Source of the DNA: a virus
Taxonomy: Duplodnaviria; Caudoviricetes
Strand: one strand, 5' to 3'
Length of the DNA stretch: 64,000 nt
Virus record (IMG/VR): IMGVR_UViG_3300023048_000001
Coordinates: 64,001 to 128,000 of that record
The notes under the pieces were generated by a model, which saw only the letters and a list, made by a program, of their open reading frames with translations, did no database searches and was not told the DNA's origin. Positions 19,769-30,036 of the stretch are shown here, one piece after another. The translations under genes were made by a program, and so were the position numbers. Numbering within the stretch: position 1 is the stretch's first letter; the number at the start of each line of letters is the position of its first letter.

Positions 19769-20227
19769 TCAACGTGGAGCTAGATTGTACGTCTTAATCA
19801 TACACGATAGCAAATATTCTCTACCTTCATCGGAAATGTATGGATTGATTTTCCACTTATTGGCTTCTAGATTAGCCATTATCTCTTGAGCTTCCTGTCT
19901 AGTAACGGATACATTATAGATTCTTTCCGGTAGCACACATGCTGCTGCCGTAATAGCTCCGTCTAATGAATCAGCATCTTCATAGAAGCAAGTTACTGGA
20001 ATAACTTCCATTAAATGACCAGAAGAAAAATTGCACAGATTATGGAAAGCCTGACGCACACCCTTGCTGTTGATAGCATCAAGAATGATGATGGTTTTAT
20101 GGTTTGTCGCCCACTCTTTGTAAAAGTCATTGTTTTGTAATGAAAGATTACTCACACAGTGAGCAGTCTGAAGGCCGTATTGTAGTTGATTTAGGTATAA
20201 ACCATTGACGAATGAATATAGTCTCAT
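19769..20227 (-). CDS. PTH2-like peptidyl-tRNA hydrolase family protein
   Basis: GLQTAH, W...HKTIIIL, FYED..SL.G.ITA. Confidence 0.7.
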   Translation of the reverse strand: MRLYSFVNGLYLNQLQYGLQTAHCVSNLSLQNNDFYKEWATNHKTIIILDAINSKGVRQAFHNLCNFSSGHLMEVIPVTCFYEDADSLDGAITAAACVLPERIYNVSVTRQEAQEIMANLEANKWKINPYISDEGREYLLSCMIKTYNLAPR

Positions 20228-20284
20228 TTTGAAACCCTTGTGATTTGTTTTTATAAATAGATAAGATTTGAGGAATCAACAATA

Positions 20285-20659
20285 ATGGAAACACTTAGAA
20301 CATTTCTAAACGAATTTGCTGTCCTATCCCTACCTACACCGGATGAGGATGGTAGCGCAGATTCCGATTTAGATCAAGACGAGTTTTCATTCTCAGCGGG
20401 TCCAGAAGGCGATGAATTCTCTTTTGGTGCTGACGATGAAGCTGGTGCCAGTGAAGATGATGAAATGGGTTGCGAATGCAATTGCCCAAGCCATAAGAAG
20501 TTTGACGCACAGGGTTCAGAAGACCTAGATGACGACAAAAGTCTTGACAGCGAAAATATTGAAGTAGTTGATGGTGATCCAGAAGGTGAAGAGGAAGAAT
20601 TCTCACTTGATGATGAAGATGAGCCAGAAGACGAAGAAAGTAAGTTTAACTTTTTCTAA
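20285..20659 (+). CDS. Highly acidic disordered protein
   Basis: D/E-rich, repeated DEFSF motif, CECNC..H; TATAAATA late promoter at ~20252. Confidence 0.75.
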   Translation: METLRTFLNEFAVLSLPTPDEDGSADSDLDQDEFSFSAGPEGDEFSFGADDEAGASEDDEMGCECNCPSHKKFDAQGSEDLDDDKSLDSENIEVVDGDPEGEEEEFSLDDEDEPEDEESKFNFF

Positions 20660-20667
20660 GGATACAT

Positions 20668-21180
20668 ATGGAATTACTAAAAGAAATGATGCTAGAGAGT
20701 GAACTAGCAGATATTAAAACAAAAGTTCTTGGTCTTCATAAGGCCTATAGAACAAAGCTTAATGAAGTGAAAGCATTTAATGCCAAACTTATAACAGAAG
20801 GCCTAGAAGAAGGTGTATTGGATTTTGAAAGTGATGATCTAGGTTATCAGTTTGATGAAATCAAAAAGCGTTTTCAGGCTTCACAGCAGGGTATTAAGAT
20901 AGCTAACAAGTTAGGTGATCCAGAACAGAAGCGTCGAGTTTTCATTAACTTTAATAAGTTGAGAGCAGGCGTTGCTAGATTGGAAAAAGAAATTAAAGCC
21001 AAACTTGCAGAACTTGAAGCACAGATGCGTGGTCAGACTCGCCAGAATTATTTTGAACCTGAAAGCATAGCTCCAAGGACTCAGACTCAACAGGCACCTA
21101 ATCGCCCAACACCGCAAGCTCCACAGCGTCAAGCTCCACAAAGGCCAGTACAACAGCAACAGGCACAGCCTCAGCTATAA
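20668..21180 (+). CDS. Coiled-coil protein with Q/P-rich tail
   Basis: 170-aa ORF, QAPQR repeats. Confidence 0.7.
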   Translation: MELLKEMMLESELADIKTKVLGLHKAYRTKLNEVKAFNAKLITEGLEEGVLDFESDDLGYQFDEIKKRFQASQQGIKIANKLGDPEQKRRVFINFNKLRAGVARLEKEIKAKLAELEAQMRGQTRQNYFEPESIAPRTQTQQAPNRPTPQAPQRQAPQRPVQQQQAQPQL

Positions 21181-21184
21181 ACAA

Positions 21185-21210
21185 AAAGCCCGCGAAAGCG
21201 GGCTTTTTTA
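21185..21210. terminator. Bidirectional intrinsic terminator
   Basis: AAAAAGCCCGC-GAAA-GCGGGCTTTTTT between convergent genes. Confidence 0.9.
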
Positions 21211-22401
21211 TTAACCATTTATATGGCTCATGAATCCAATTCCAACCTTAGATTTAGAATCACCATTTGAGAATTCAGATGTGCTTTCCATGTTGAAAAT
21301 TTCACCTAATGACATAATCTTTTCTTTAGGCTTTACATCCTCACCATAAATCTGTTTAACCAATGCTTTGGTCTTATTTTCATCCAAACGAGTGAACTCA
21401 TATTCAGCAAGCAAACGACCCGGACGCTTTAGAGCATGATCAATCTGATCATAACTCGTGTTGAAGGTACAGATAACTTGGAACTTAAGACCATCACCTA
21501 GAATACCATCAGTAACATTAAGTAGGTTAGATACAGCCTGATTCATACCAGCCTCACGAGACTTAAGAACATTCTCTGCATCTTCAATGATGAGAACACT
21601 ATTCTTGTGGTCCATTAAGAATGTGAGGAACGATGGATCAGATAGGCGAGCGCTCATATCTGGTGAGATATAAATGATCTTTCGGTCAGTAGTGGTTACA
21701 AGGTGACGTAAGAAGGATGTCTTACCAGTACCATTGAAACCATGAAGCATAATAAGACCCTTGCTCTTATTGCCATTGATCGAATCCATGATCTTCGTGT
21801 AAGCATCTTTGAATGAATCATTGTAATGGTTTTCAAGATCAAACTCTTCGCCACCATCATTCACCACAGTGTCAATATTGACTTCCTTTAGATATAAGCC
21901 AGAAAGACGGCTCTCACAGATGAAGTTAATCTTGCACTTCTTAGTTTCACTCTTAGCATTTGCGTCCATGAATCCCATCAAGGATGCATATAACTTTTCA
22001 ATATAATCATCATGAACAAGTGAATCATCGTAAATAACGTTAATACTAATAAAGCCATAGGTGGCGATATTAATGTGGATCAATATGCTGGTACCTTTAC
22101 CCCTAGAGACGTAGTATCTCTGATTAAGATAGATACCCTCTCGTTCTCTTTTACCTTCAGGCTGTCTACTACTATAGTATCCAGTATGATAACTAGAAAA
22201 CAGAGTGAGAAGACCAAATTCATCGGCAATTTGTTTAAACGAATTGTCAAAATCAGCCTTCTTTACGAAGTTTTGGTATTCTACTTCTAATGCTAGGCTA
22301 GCATTATGCTTAATTCCATAATATTCATAAAACAAATCAGCAACGTTATAACTGAATGCTGAATTCCCATGAACATCCATGGAGTACGTGAAATTTCTCA
22401 T
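21211..22401 (-). CDS. AAA+ ATPase
   Basis: Walker A GFNGTGKT, Walker B LIIED, LLNVTDG, D.ALKRPGR. Confidence 0.92.
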   Translation of the reverse strand: MRNFTYSMDVHGNSAFSYNVADLFYEYYGIKHNASLALEVEYQNFVKKADFDNSFKQIADEFGLLTLFSSYHTGYYSSRQPEGKREREGIYLNQRYYVSRGKGTSILIHINIATYGFISINVIYDDSLVHDDYIEKLYASLMGFMDANAKSETKKCKINFICESRLSGLYLKEVNIDTVVNDGGEEFDLENHYNDSFKDAYTKIMDSINGNKSKGLIMLHGFNGTGKTSFLRHLVTTTDRKIIYISPDMSARLSDPSFLTFLMDHKNSVLIIEDAENVLKSREAGMNQAVSNLLNVTDGILGDGLKFQVICTFNTSYDQIDHALKRPGRLLAEYEFTRLDENKTKALVKQIYGEDVKPKEKIMSLGEIFNMESTSEFSNGDSKSKVGIGFMSHING

Positions 22402-22457
22402 TATTATGCTTAACTCCAAGAGATATGGTCAGATTCTACTCACCACCCCACGATTAA

Positions 22458-23201
22458 TCAAGAGTCTGAGAATTCTAATAGAGCATCCCAAGCCTTGACT
22501 TCATCACCAAGTGAAATGATATAGATTAAGTCGGATAGTTCTTTAACGTCATAGATGAAAATACGACGAGACAGTTTTGAATTGAATTTGTAAATCGTAA
22601 TATCCATAATCTGCTTACCAGACACCCACTCAAATTGCATAGTAGTTGGGGTGTTAAAGATATCCGCAGCAGTCGTAACTGACATGAATAGATCATCAGT
22701 AACTTGCTTGGCATCATGATTAAGGAACTTGGCAGGCTTGGTCTTATCACGCTTATGCCCCATCAAGATATGATCAATCATCTGAAGATTCCACAGATAC
22801 TCAGCAGAATTCTTTAACTTGATTAGTTCCTCTCTTGAGGAAGGTTCCATATATTCATTAGCTAGATACCAGCCAATCTTTGCTCTAAAATTACCAAATC
22901 CATCGATAAAGGTAACCTGTGACTCTAGGTCTTCAAGCTCTTCGATTAGATCATCCCTATTCTTAAATGCTTTAAAACGATGCATTTCATCGGCTGTGAC
23001 ACTTACGTATGCATACTTCTGGTCCTTCTTGAGGATTACAAAGTAATCTTGGTCACGTAAGTAGTCGCTAGAAATGTAGACAACATTACCAAAAAATGAG
23101 AAATACTCATTGATGTTGGCGTAATCGTACATGTTCTGCTTGAATGTCTGTTTATCTTTCATTAGTTTGTATTTCTCTTTTAGTATTTTGAAAAGCTTCA
23201 T
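22458..23201 (-). CDS. Hypothetical protein
   Basis: 247-aa ORF in leftward array. Confidence 0.65.
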   Translation of the reverse strand: MKLFKILKEKYKLMKDKQTFKQNMYDYANINEYFSFFGNVVYISSDYLRDQDYFVILKKDQKYAYVSVTADEMHRFKAFKNRDDLIEELEDLESQVTFIDGFGNFRAKIGWYLANEYMEPSSREELIKLKNSAEYLWNLQMIDHILMGHKRDKTKPAKFLNHDAKQVTDDLFMSVTTAADIFNTPTTMQFEWVSGKQIMDITIYKFNSKLSRRIFIYDVKELSDLIYIISLGDEVKAWDALLEFSDS

Positions 23202-23205
23202 TTTG

Positions 23206-23745
23206 TCAGACCATGTTCTTTAGAATATCTTCCCATGAAGCTTCTAAAGAATTCTCAATGGCTTCAATAAGTTCAAAATATTTATTCTCTATTTTTTTAC
23301 ATGCACTTTCATCAAGGTAGACTGGTCTAGGGTTGATCGTGGCAGCTTTATGCTGATAGTCAAATAGTGCATCCTTAACTTCAACTTGCTCAAGCTTATA
23401 TGGATCATTAATTGAGATAAGGAATGAATATTTTAGAGGTTCAGTAGTTATACCTAGATCACCTCTGCGTCTTGAATCTAGTGATTTGCTGCTCAAGTAG
23501 AAGTGACGATTTATGTGAAGGTGATATGAACCTTCAAAATTATTATGAGATTTATCAAAGTTTAGGTTTGTAAAATATTCTACTAGTTTTGAATATCCTA
23601 CATTCTCATTGTATTCTTGTTCCATACCATTAAGTTTAGCTCCAATAGCGTTCATTCTAGATAAAAGAGTATCAAACACGACTTCTTTACCAGTTATGGG
23701 ATCAATATGAACTTCATATCTAGCAGGACGGTAATACATGTTCAT
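23206..23745 (-). CDS. Hypothetical protein
   Basis: 179-aa ORF. Confidence 0.65.
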   Translation of the reverse strand: MNMYYRPARYEVHIDPITGKEVVFDTLLSRMNAIGAKLNGMEQEYNENVGYSKLVEYFTNLNFDKSHNNFEGSYHLHINRHFYLSSKSLDSRRRGDLGITTEPLKYSFLISINDPYKLEQVEVKDALFDYQHKAATINPRPVYLDESACKKIENKYFELIEAIENSLEASWEDILKNMV

Positions 23746-23747
23746 AG

Positions 23748-24113
23748 TTATACCTCAAAATAATCAAGAAGTCCATGGGTATATTCATTCAATGATTTTT
23801 CAGTAATATCTTCAACTTTAGCAAAAACCTCATTAAGAGCCAGAGCAAGTTTTATTTTCTCAAACTCATCGGGTGTAACAGTTTCATAATTCAATGTATT
23901 AACTACAAGAATTACTTCACCATTATCATCAATAACTAATCTTCGATGAATAACATCGAAATTAATAATCTTAGCTTGCATGATTGCTGTAGTGGTTATG
24001 AATGATGTCATACCAAATGTAAAACTATATTGATTTGCTAACATAATAACTGGTGAGTTTGCAAGCTTTTTACAGTAATCAGAGATTTCTGAAATTGTTT
24101 CTTTATGGTTCAT
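23748..24113 (-). CDS. Hypothetical protein
   Basis: 121-aa ORF; TTGGTATAAT upstream on the minus strand. Confidence 0.6.
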   Translation of the reverse strand: MNHKETISEISDYCKKLANSPVIMLANQYSFTFGMTSFITTTAIMQAKIINFDVIHRRLVIDDNGEVILVVNTLNYETVTPDEFEKIKLALALNEVFAKVEDITEKSLNEYTHGLLDYFEV

Positions 24114-24198
24114 ACTACATACTTCCGATATATTGACACATTATACCAATTATTACCTTAACCTACTTAAAATTTTAAATTTAAGTCATTATAACTAC

Positions 24199-24864
24199 TT
24201 AATTATCATTTAAATAACTAATCTTCCCATTAGCCCAATCAATTATATTTTCACCCAAGAAGTTCTCGATAATCTCAAATAAATTATTGATAATTTTTGC
24301 ATGCAAATAATAGGGTGAATGATTAATGGTTCCAAGCGGTGTAACCGCTTGCTTAAATCTTAAGAAGTCTTGTGAAATTAAACGGCTTGGCGTTTCATTA
24401 TTTGGAGATTTCCACTCATAGCTGACAGTTAATTTGTGATTTACGTCGAATTCCATAACCAAATTAGTTGATGTTCCTTTTTGAGTATCATTATCAATAG
24501 ATAATATCTCAATAATTTCTTTTGTATTAGTAAAGCCTTTATGAGTTTTCTCTTTAACTGTTTTATGATATACAGAAATTATTGAAACATCGACAGAATA
24601 ATATTTCTCAATATATTCTTTAATCTTATCCACAGTGGGGTTGTTTGGCTCAGGGAGTGAGTAATCCATCTCTGGTACCATAGTTCTAATTGAAATGTGT
24701 TCAACAAACTTTTTAGATATTTTTGGAATATTGATGATGAGTGTGTCTAATGTAAGATCACCAATGCTAGATGTTGCATTATTAAAACTAAAATTAGGCA
24801 TAATTGTTCGTCCAAAAAGAAAGGCAGACTCCATATTACTGGAATCTGCCCTAATATCAAGCAA
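24199..24864 (-). CDS. Hypothetical protein
   Basis: 221-aa ORF. Confidence 0.6.
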   Translation of the reverse strand: MLDIRADSSNMESAFLFGRTIMPNFSFNNATSSIGDLTLDTLIINIPKISKKFVEHISIRTMVPEMDYSLPEPNNPTVDKIKEYIEKYYSVDVSIISVYHKTVKEKTHKGFTNTKEIIEILSIDNDTQKGTSTNLVMEFDVNHKLTVSYEWKSPNNETPSRLISQDFLRFKQAVTPLGTINHSPYYLHAKIINNLFEIIENFLGENIIDWANGKISYLNDN

Positions 24865-24870
24865 TTAAAC

Positions 24871-25293
24871 TTACTTAAAGATAGCGTTTGCAAACACATT
24901 ATCAAAAGCAGTTTCGTATCTTTTAATTAGTGCAACAATATTTTTATATTCACCCATGTGATCAGTAGTAATAGCACTGACAGGACATGACTGCTTGACG
25001 AATTCTTCTTCGTCATCAACACCAAGTGGCTTTACCACACTTAGGCAGTACTTCTTTTTATTCCAATGTAAGGTAATCCAATATGTGATTCCATTAATCT
25101 GGAAGTCAACCATTTTGAATTCTTTCTTAATTCTATCCTTTCTATCAAATAAAGTAGAAACAGTAGGGCCATCAATCCAGTCAAATGACTTAGCAGTCTC
25201 AAGCGCGTGAATTACTTCTTCAATTTTGGATAGCTTTACTGCATTTGGAACTAAATCACGATGAAAAATTTTATTAAACATAATTAAACTCAC
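24871..25293 (-). CDS. Hypothetical protein
   Basis: 140-aa ORF. Confidence 0.6.
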   Translation of the reverse strand: MSLIMFNKIFHRDLVPNAVKLSKIEEVIHALETAKSFDWIDGPTVSTLFDRKDRIKKEFKMVDFQINGITYWITLHWNKKKYCLSVVKPLGVDDEEEFVKQSCPVSAITTDHMGEYKNIVALIKRYETAFDNVFANAIFK

Positions 25294-25793
25294 GAAAGAT
25301 TGCTAATCCAGTTACTTGCTTCTTTAACATCATCAGTCTTTGAATCTAGAAGCACATTAATGTGTTGAGTGACACTATCAAGAAGGTCTTCATGACCAAC
25401 TTCAAGCTTAGCCTCAGCCGTTGTTGCGTGCATATCATACGCACTGTTGGCATACACCAAGAAGGTTTCAATGTCTCCACCAATAACATTAATGTAAACT
25501 GATACCTTCTCACCAAGATCACCAACAAACTCTACCTGATATGAGCGTTTTGGATTTAAGGAACTTTCTACATATCCATGATAAGTACCCCAAGTTTCTT
25601 GGAAGCCACCTAATGAATTTACAAGACGACTAACTGTGGAGTTAAATTCGCCAGCAACGAAACGCTGTAGCGTAGATACGAATCCATCAACATTAGAAAC
25701 AGATTCGTTAGGTGTAGCAGGCTGATCCATTACAATGTAACGTTCCATTACCTTTACATGATTTTCAATTAGTTCGCGTGCGGTCTGTGTCAT
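25290..25793 (-). CDS. Hypothetical protein, paralog family X
   Basis: MERYIV...SNVDGFV; AAGGA SD, own promoter. Confidence 0.65.
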   Translation of the reverse strand: MTQTARELIENHVKVMERYIVMDQPATPNESVSNVDGFVSTLQRFVAGEFNSTVSRLVNSLGGFQETWGTYHGYVESSLNPKRSYQVEFVGDLGEKVSVYINVIGGDIETFLVYANSAYDMHATTAEAKLEVGHEDLLDSVTQHINVLLDSKTDDVKEASNWISNLS

Positions 25794-25852
25794 ATCTTTC
25801 CTTAATTAGGTGAGTAGCATATCTATGTTATGAGTTATAATCAACTTGAAGT

Positions 25853-26377
25853 TTAGATATCGTGGGTTTCCAAGTAACCGACAATATTATCCAAGGTGAA
25901 GTATCGTGCATTGTTGACAGCCTCAGCATAGGCCTCATTGTCTGTTTCGGTGATGATAGCTTGGGCTGTGATACCAGCGACACCAATATGAGTTCTCACC
26001 CTATTTGGGTAATAATGAGCTTCAGACTCGCTATAGCCAGACCTTTCAAACTCTTCAAAGGTAATAGTGATAATTTCGCTGCCAGTCCACAGAGTAAGTA
26101 CAACATTGGTATCTTCCTTTGATCCACCACGATTAATATCATTCTCGTAATCGACAAATAGTGAGATATTGCTATCGACGTTCTCAACAATACGGAAAGC
26201 ATTGTGCTTAGCCAAAGCCTGTTCAATAGCAAGAGCTACCGCATCAATGTTAACTGCATCATTTCTAAATTTTCTATCTAGTGGAAATTTTTCAACTGGA
26301 TTAGTAAACTTGTCATAGAACGCAAAAAATTTATCGGTGCGAGTAACTTCTATGGCAATCATTTCATCAGTAATCAT
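25853..26377 (-). CDS. Hypothetical protein, paralog family X
   Basis: YDKFTNP...VNIDAVALAI; AAGGA SD, own promoter. Confidence 0.65.
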   Translation of the reverse strand: MITDEMIAIEVTRTDKFFAFYDKFTNPVEKFPLDRKFRNDAVNIDAVALAIEQALAKHNAFRIVENVDSNISLFVDYENDINRGGSKEDTNVVLTLWTGSEIITITFEEFERSGYSESEAHYYPNRVRTHIGVAGITAQAIITETDNEAYAEAVNNARYFTLDNIVGYLETHDI

Positions 26378-26424
26378 AATAGTTTATCCTTAGGTGGATA
26401 GCATATCTATGGTATGAGTTATAA

Positions 26425-26859
26425 TCAACTACGTAGTGGAAACCATGGGTAAGTCTTACCTGTTGCGGCAAGAACATAGTCAGTTACCATCAAATGGCTA
26501 AAAACATCGGCTAATGCCATAAGCAATGGAATGTCTTCCTGAGTATAAGTTGACCACCAGATACGCTCCATTCCATTATAACCATCGTACTTAGCTAGTC
26601 TAGGATCGTTTCTATATTTGATTTCAACGAACCATGAACCATCAAATGGTGCCAGTGGATCAGGATTAACATCAAAATACTGCTGATAATCTATAACAAA
26701 GTAATTGTTATCATCAGCAATACGAATATTCTTTAAAGCACTAGGAAATTCTGTGCGATTTCCATGTTCAATAGTATCTTTGAATGAACTAGAGACAATA
26801 AAGTCACCATTGACAATGCCATTTAGTTCCTTTTTAACATATTCAATATCAATAGTCAT
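26425..26859 (-). CDS. Hypothetical protein
   Basis: 144-aa ORF. Confidence 0.65.
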   Translation of the reverse strand: MTIDIEYVKKELNGIVNGDFIVSSSFKDTIEHGNRTEFPSALKNIRIADDNNYFVIDYQQYFDVNPDPLAPFDGSWFVEIKYRNDPRLAKYDGYNGMERIWWSTYTQEDIPLLMALADVFSHLMVTDYVLAATGKTYPWFPLRS

Positions 26860-27317
26860 GAATTAATTTCCACATCCTTTACTTTATTACTAATCAACAT
26901 AAGAATTCTATCCAAGACATCATCATATCCAATATGGGCGTAATTAGTGACCCTTGCATAATAACGACAACCCTTGGCATGTAGAATTAACTCGTTATTG
27001 CCTTCCGCTTCATCATAATTCGTGAATGTAATACCTGCTGACAGTGTTCCATCAACATTTGTAAGCTGTACATACCATTCATCCTTATCAGATGTGTATG
27101 AACCAAACTTATCATCCACCAAAATGTATTGCGAACTCTTTATGGTAATACGATGATGGGTATCAGGACTAGCAAGAAACCCATTCAATGCTTCAATGAC
27201 AGCATCAAGATTAATATCTCCATTAACATATTCATCCATTTCTGAAAGAATAGCTCCCGGAACAAGATACTTCTCGTTAAACGCTTCTTGAGCTTCGGAA
27301 AAATTTTTCATATCCAA
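26856..27317 (-). CDS. Hypothetical protein, paralog family X
   Basis: NEKYLVPGA...DINLDAVIEAL. Confidence 0.65.
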   Translation of the reverse strand: MDMKNFSEAQEAFNEKYLVPGAILSEMDEYVNGDINLDAVIEALNGFLASPDTHHRITIKSSQYILVDDKFGSYTSDKDEWYVQLTNVDGTLSAGITFTNYDEAEGNNELILHAKGCRYYARVTNYAHIGYDDVLDRILMLISNKVKDVEINS

Positions 27318-27739
27318 TCCTTAACGTTCCAAACTAAATCGAGAACTAGTGGTGCAAGCTCATGGCTATCATCGCCAGCACAGAACTCGTACTCTTCCCA
27401 ATCATCCAAGGTATCTTTCTGCACCGTAGCAGTAAACAAGAAATCAAAATAATGAAGTTCTTCAAAAGATTGCTTTGAATAGTCAGATTTCTTACGTATC
27501 ACATCATGCAAACCACTAAAGTTAGCAGTGATAAGCAGCTTAAGCGGTGCTTCATGGACTTCAAAAGTAAATCTTGTTGTCTTCTGCACCAGTGGATAAC
27601 TGTCCTTAGGGTAAGTACGTGTGGTAGTAGTCTCATCCCAGCTAGGGATAACCGAACCGTCTTCACGGATCAGCGACTTGGACATCTTTTCAATTAGTAG
27701 GTAGGTCATATTTAATCGTACCTTTTCATCGTTCATCAT
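27308..27739 (-). CDS. Hypothetical protein
   Basis: 143-aa ORF. Confidence 0.6.
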   Translation of the reverse strand: MMNDEKVRLNMTYLLIEKMSKSLIREDGSVIPSWDETTTTRTYPKDSYPLVQKTTRFTFEVHEAPLKLLITANFSGLHDVIRKKSDYSKQSFEELHYFDFLFTATVQKDTLDDWEEYEFCAGDDSHELAPLVLDLVWNVKDWI

Positions 27740-28181
27740 CCATCAGGTTTTTAACATGGTCAATCAAATTATAACCTAGATTGAGGAAAATCTCCCCAGC
27801 AGGATCATTGGCAAAGAAGTCAGCATCAAGGTCAATAGGATCAATCTTGTAATGGACTTCAATACCGTCATTATAATTAATTTCTGAATACATTCGCTCG
27901 CCACTGAAACCAAACAACTTACCATTGTCAGTTTGAAGGTGAATTGTCATCTTGCATTCTGAGTTTTCTTTCTTATTAAAATAGAAGACAAATCCATAGA
28001 TGACATATCCTTCGGGATGATTAGGAACCGACAAAGGAGCATACTCATAGCCTAATTTATTAGTCCAGCGTTCAACATCCTGCCCATAGATGACAAGACT
28101 TTCGATATCAGTGTACTCACCATTCATGAAGTTAGTTAATTCACCAATGGCATACACATTGGCCGGGTATTCATATGTCAT
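27726..28181 (-). CDS. Hypothetical protein
   Basis: 151-aa ORF, GAGG SD. Confidence 0.65.
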   Translation of the reverse strand: MTYEYPANVYAIGELTNFMNGEYTDIESLVIYGQDVERWTNKLGYEYAPLSVPNHPEGYVIYGFVFYFNKKENSECKMTIHLQTDNGKLFGFSGERMYSEINYNDGIEVHYKIDPIDLDADFFANDPAGEIFLNLGYNLIDHVKNLMDDER

Positions 28182-28183
28182 CT

Positions 28184-28624
28184 TCAGACCTCACTCGCTA
28201 CAATTAACTTGTTTATATGTACCAACACCATAATCAGCAAATCGCTAACCACATCAGAATGGGGATCAGTAAAATACACCCAACGGTTGGAATCATTATG
28301 CTTAAGGCTAATAAAGGTCTGGTAATTTTCACCATCAAATCTGAAACACACATGGATAGTGCCAGCCGTGGTGTAAATGTATATTTCAGTAGTTACAGAA
28401 AAGAACTTATTAGAACCAAAGGATGTGCTGACATGAGTCTGATCATCCACCTTTCGGCTTAGGTCATAATCCATATCAGGATCAACCAAGGCTTTCTTAA
28501 TCAGATCAACTACGGCATCCACATGCACATTCTCGTATGCATACCTCGTCGGATAGAAAGGGTCTTCAACCAACACATCAGCATGGATAAACTTTTTTTC
28601 AAATTCTTCAGCATTCATAATCAA
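28184..28624 (-). CDS. Hypothetical protein, paralog family X
   Basis: EKKFIHAD...NVHVDAVVDLI. Confidence 0.65.
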   Translation of the reverse strand: MIMNAEEFEKKFIHADVLVEDPFYPTRYAYENVHVDAVVDLIKKALVDPDMDYDLSRKVDDQTHVSTSFGSNKFFSVTTEIYIYTTAGTIHVCFRFDGENYQTFISLKHNDSNRWVYFTDPHSDVVSDLLIMVLVHINKLIVASEV

Positions 28625-29085
28625 TCGTCCCTATCTTCTACATCAGTGATATCTAGAAGGCATCGGGCTGCAATTCGCGCACGTTGCATCATATCGATGA
28701 ATGCCTTAGGCGATTCTTCAGACTGATGAATAAAGATATAGAAACCATCCGAATGAATACTGATACCAGCATGATTACCTACTTGACCGTTATCAGTAAA
28801 ATACAACTGGATATTTTCATCTAGATCACCAACCATTTCAACGGATAGCTTAGCATGAGCAGTCTTATCGAGGACGCGATTCAAATCAACCTTGCGAACA
28901 GTGTTCACACTATGGGAAACATTGAAAGCCTTACGCGTTAGAAGATCATACACAGTGGTGGTAAGTCCTTCTAAGTTAATAGACTCAATATCATACCCAT
29001 GATGTGAAACATATTCAGCATCAGGCTTTAGATACTTCTCAATCATCACACGCTGTAAATCATTCTTTTCTAGTACAGTAGTCAT
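28621..29085 (-). CDS. Hypothetical protein, paralog family X
   Basis: IEKYLKPDA...SINLEGLTTTV. Confidence 0.65.
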   Translation of the reverse strand: MTTVLEKNDLQRVMIEKYLKPDAEYVSHHGYDIESINLEGLTTTVYDLLTRKAFNVSHSVNTVRKVDLNRVLDKTAHAKLSVEMVGDLDENIQLYFTDNGQVGNHAGISIHSDGFYIFIHQSEESPKAFIDMMQRARIAARCLLDITDVEDRDD

Positions 29086-29094
29086 AATAATCCC

Positions 29095-29484
29095 TTAAAT
29101 TAGTGTTCCAATAATATGGCGAATCCTCTTCACGAGAGGGTAATACTTATCTTTCGTACCAGACTCTGAACGTATCTCGTCAGGGATATTAGAATGATAT
29201 TCTTTTGTTACCATACCCGGACCCGGTTTAAGGTTCTCCACGACAGAAAAACTATAGTACATATTAAAATTAGCTTCATGCTCATTGTCGATGTTAAAAA
29301 CCAATGTAAACAAGTAACCCTCTTCAGTTATTTCTTTTACCTTGATCTGCTCATACTTGTCAAGCTTGGTAACACCATTGATGGTCCTCTGGATAATAGA
29401 AAACTTATGAAATACAGTGTCGATATGATCACGCTCAACTAACTCATTGAGCATACGTTCTGAGATAATATGGTACATATTCAT
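29095..29484 (-). CDS. Hypothetical protein
   Basis: 129-aa ORF, AAGGA SD. Confidence 0.65.
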   Translation of the reverse strand: MNMYHIISERMLNELVERDHIDTVFHKFSIIQRTINGVTKLDKYEQIKVKEITEEGYLFTLVFNIDNEHEANFNMYYSFSVVENLKPGPGMVTKEYHSNIPDEIRSESGTKDKYYPLVKRIRHIIGTLI

Positions 29485-29649
29485 TCCTTAGTGATAGACA
29501 GCATGATAGGTCCAGACTAAACATTAATCCAGACCTATAAAATTTTAACAGAAATATTTTTTGAGAGGGAGGGGAATCGTTCAGGAAGGGGTTGGCTAAT
29601 AGTGAGATACACTTTATGGCGCAGAGGACTCAACTAATCATTTTCCAAA

Positions 29650-29767
29650 AAATTCCAGAAAAAATGTAAAATCAGTTGATCGAAACACTTAGGCTTTACG
29701 CAATAGGATGAATACCATTTCATCAAAATTTCCAGAAAAAAAATGTAAAATTGATTGATCGAAACAT
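29650..29767 (+). repeat. Tandem ~40-bp direct repeat AAATT(T)CCAGAAAAAATGTAAAAT..TTGATCGAAACA
   Basis: Copies at ~29650-29688 and ~29725-29767; partial third copy at 63256-63276. Confidence 0.8.
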
Positions 29768-30036
29768 ATACGCTTAGCCACGGGTATAGGGTGGATTACA
29801 AATTAAAAATAATACTGATTCAAATTTCGCCAAACTTGTTTTGAGCTTCCACGTATCCCATACCCTCACTGTGCATACAGTATAGCCTACTGTACCTGAA
29901 CGTATGCTGAATACTATTATGTAATGCTATGTTGTATTACGTTATACTCTATGCTAAGATAGGGTTGTGGCTGGGAAGGATGACACACTGACCATCACGT
30001 AACTCTATTGACTATCATGTAACTATGTGTTAGCTG

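Noticed and set aside
1-29484. Genome-wide TAG recoding suggested by the CUA tRNA
   Set aside because: Core genes are full length in the standard code; the gap at 1-1947 is explained by an ORF running off the window, with no in-frame TAG in the part checked
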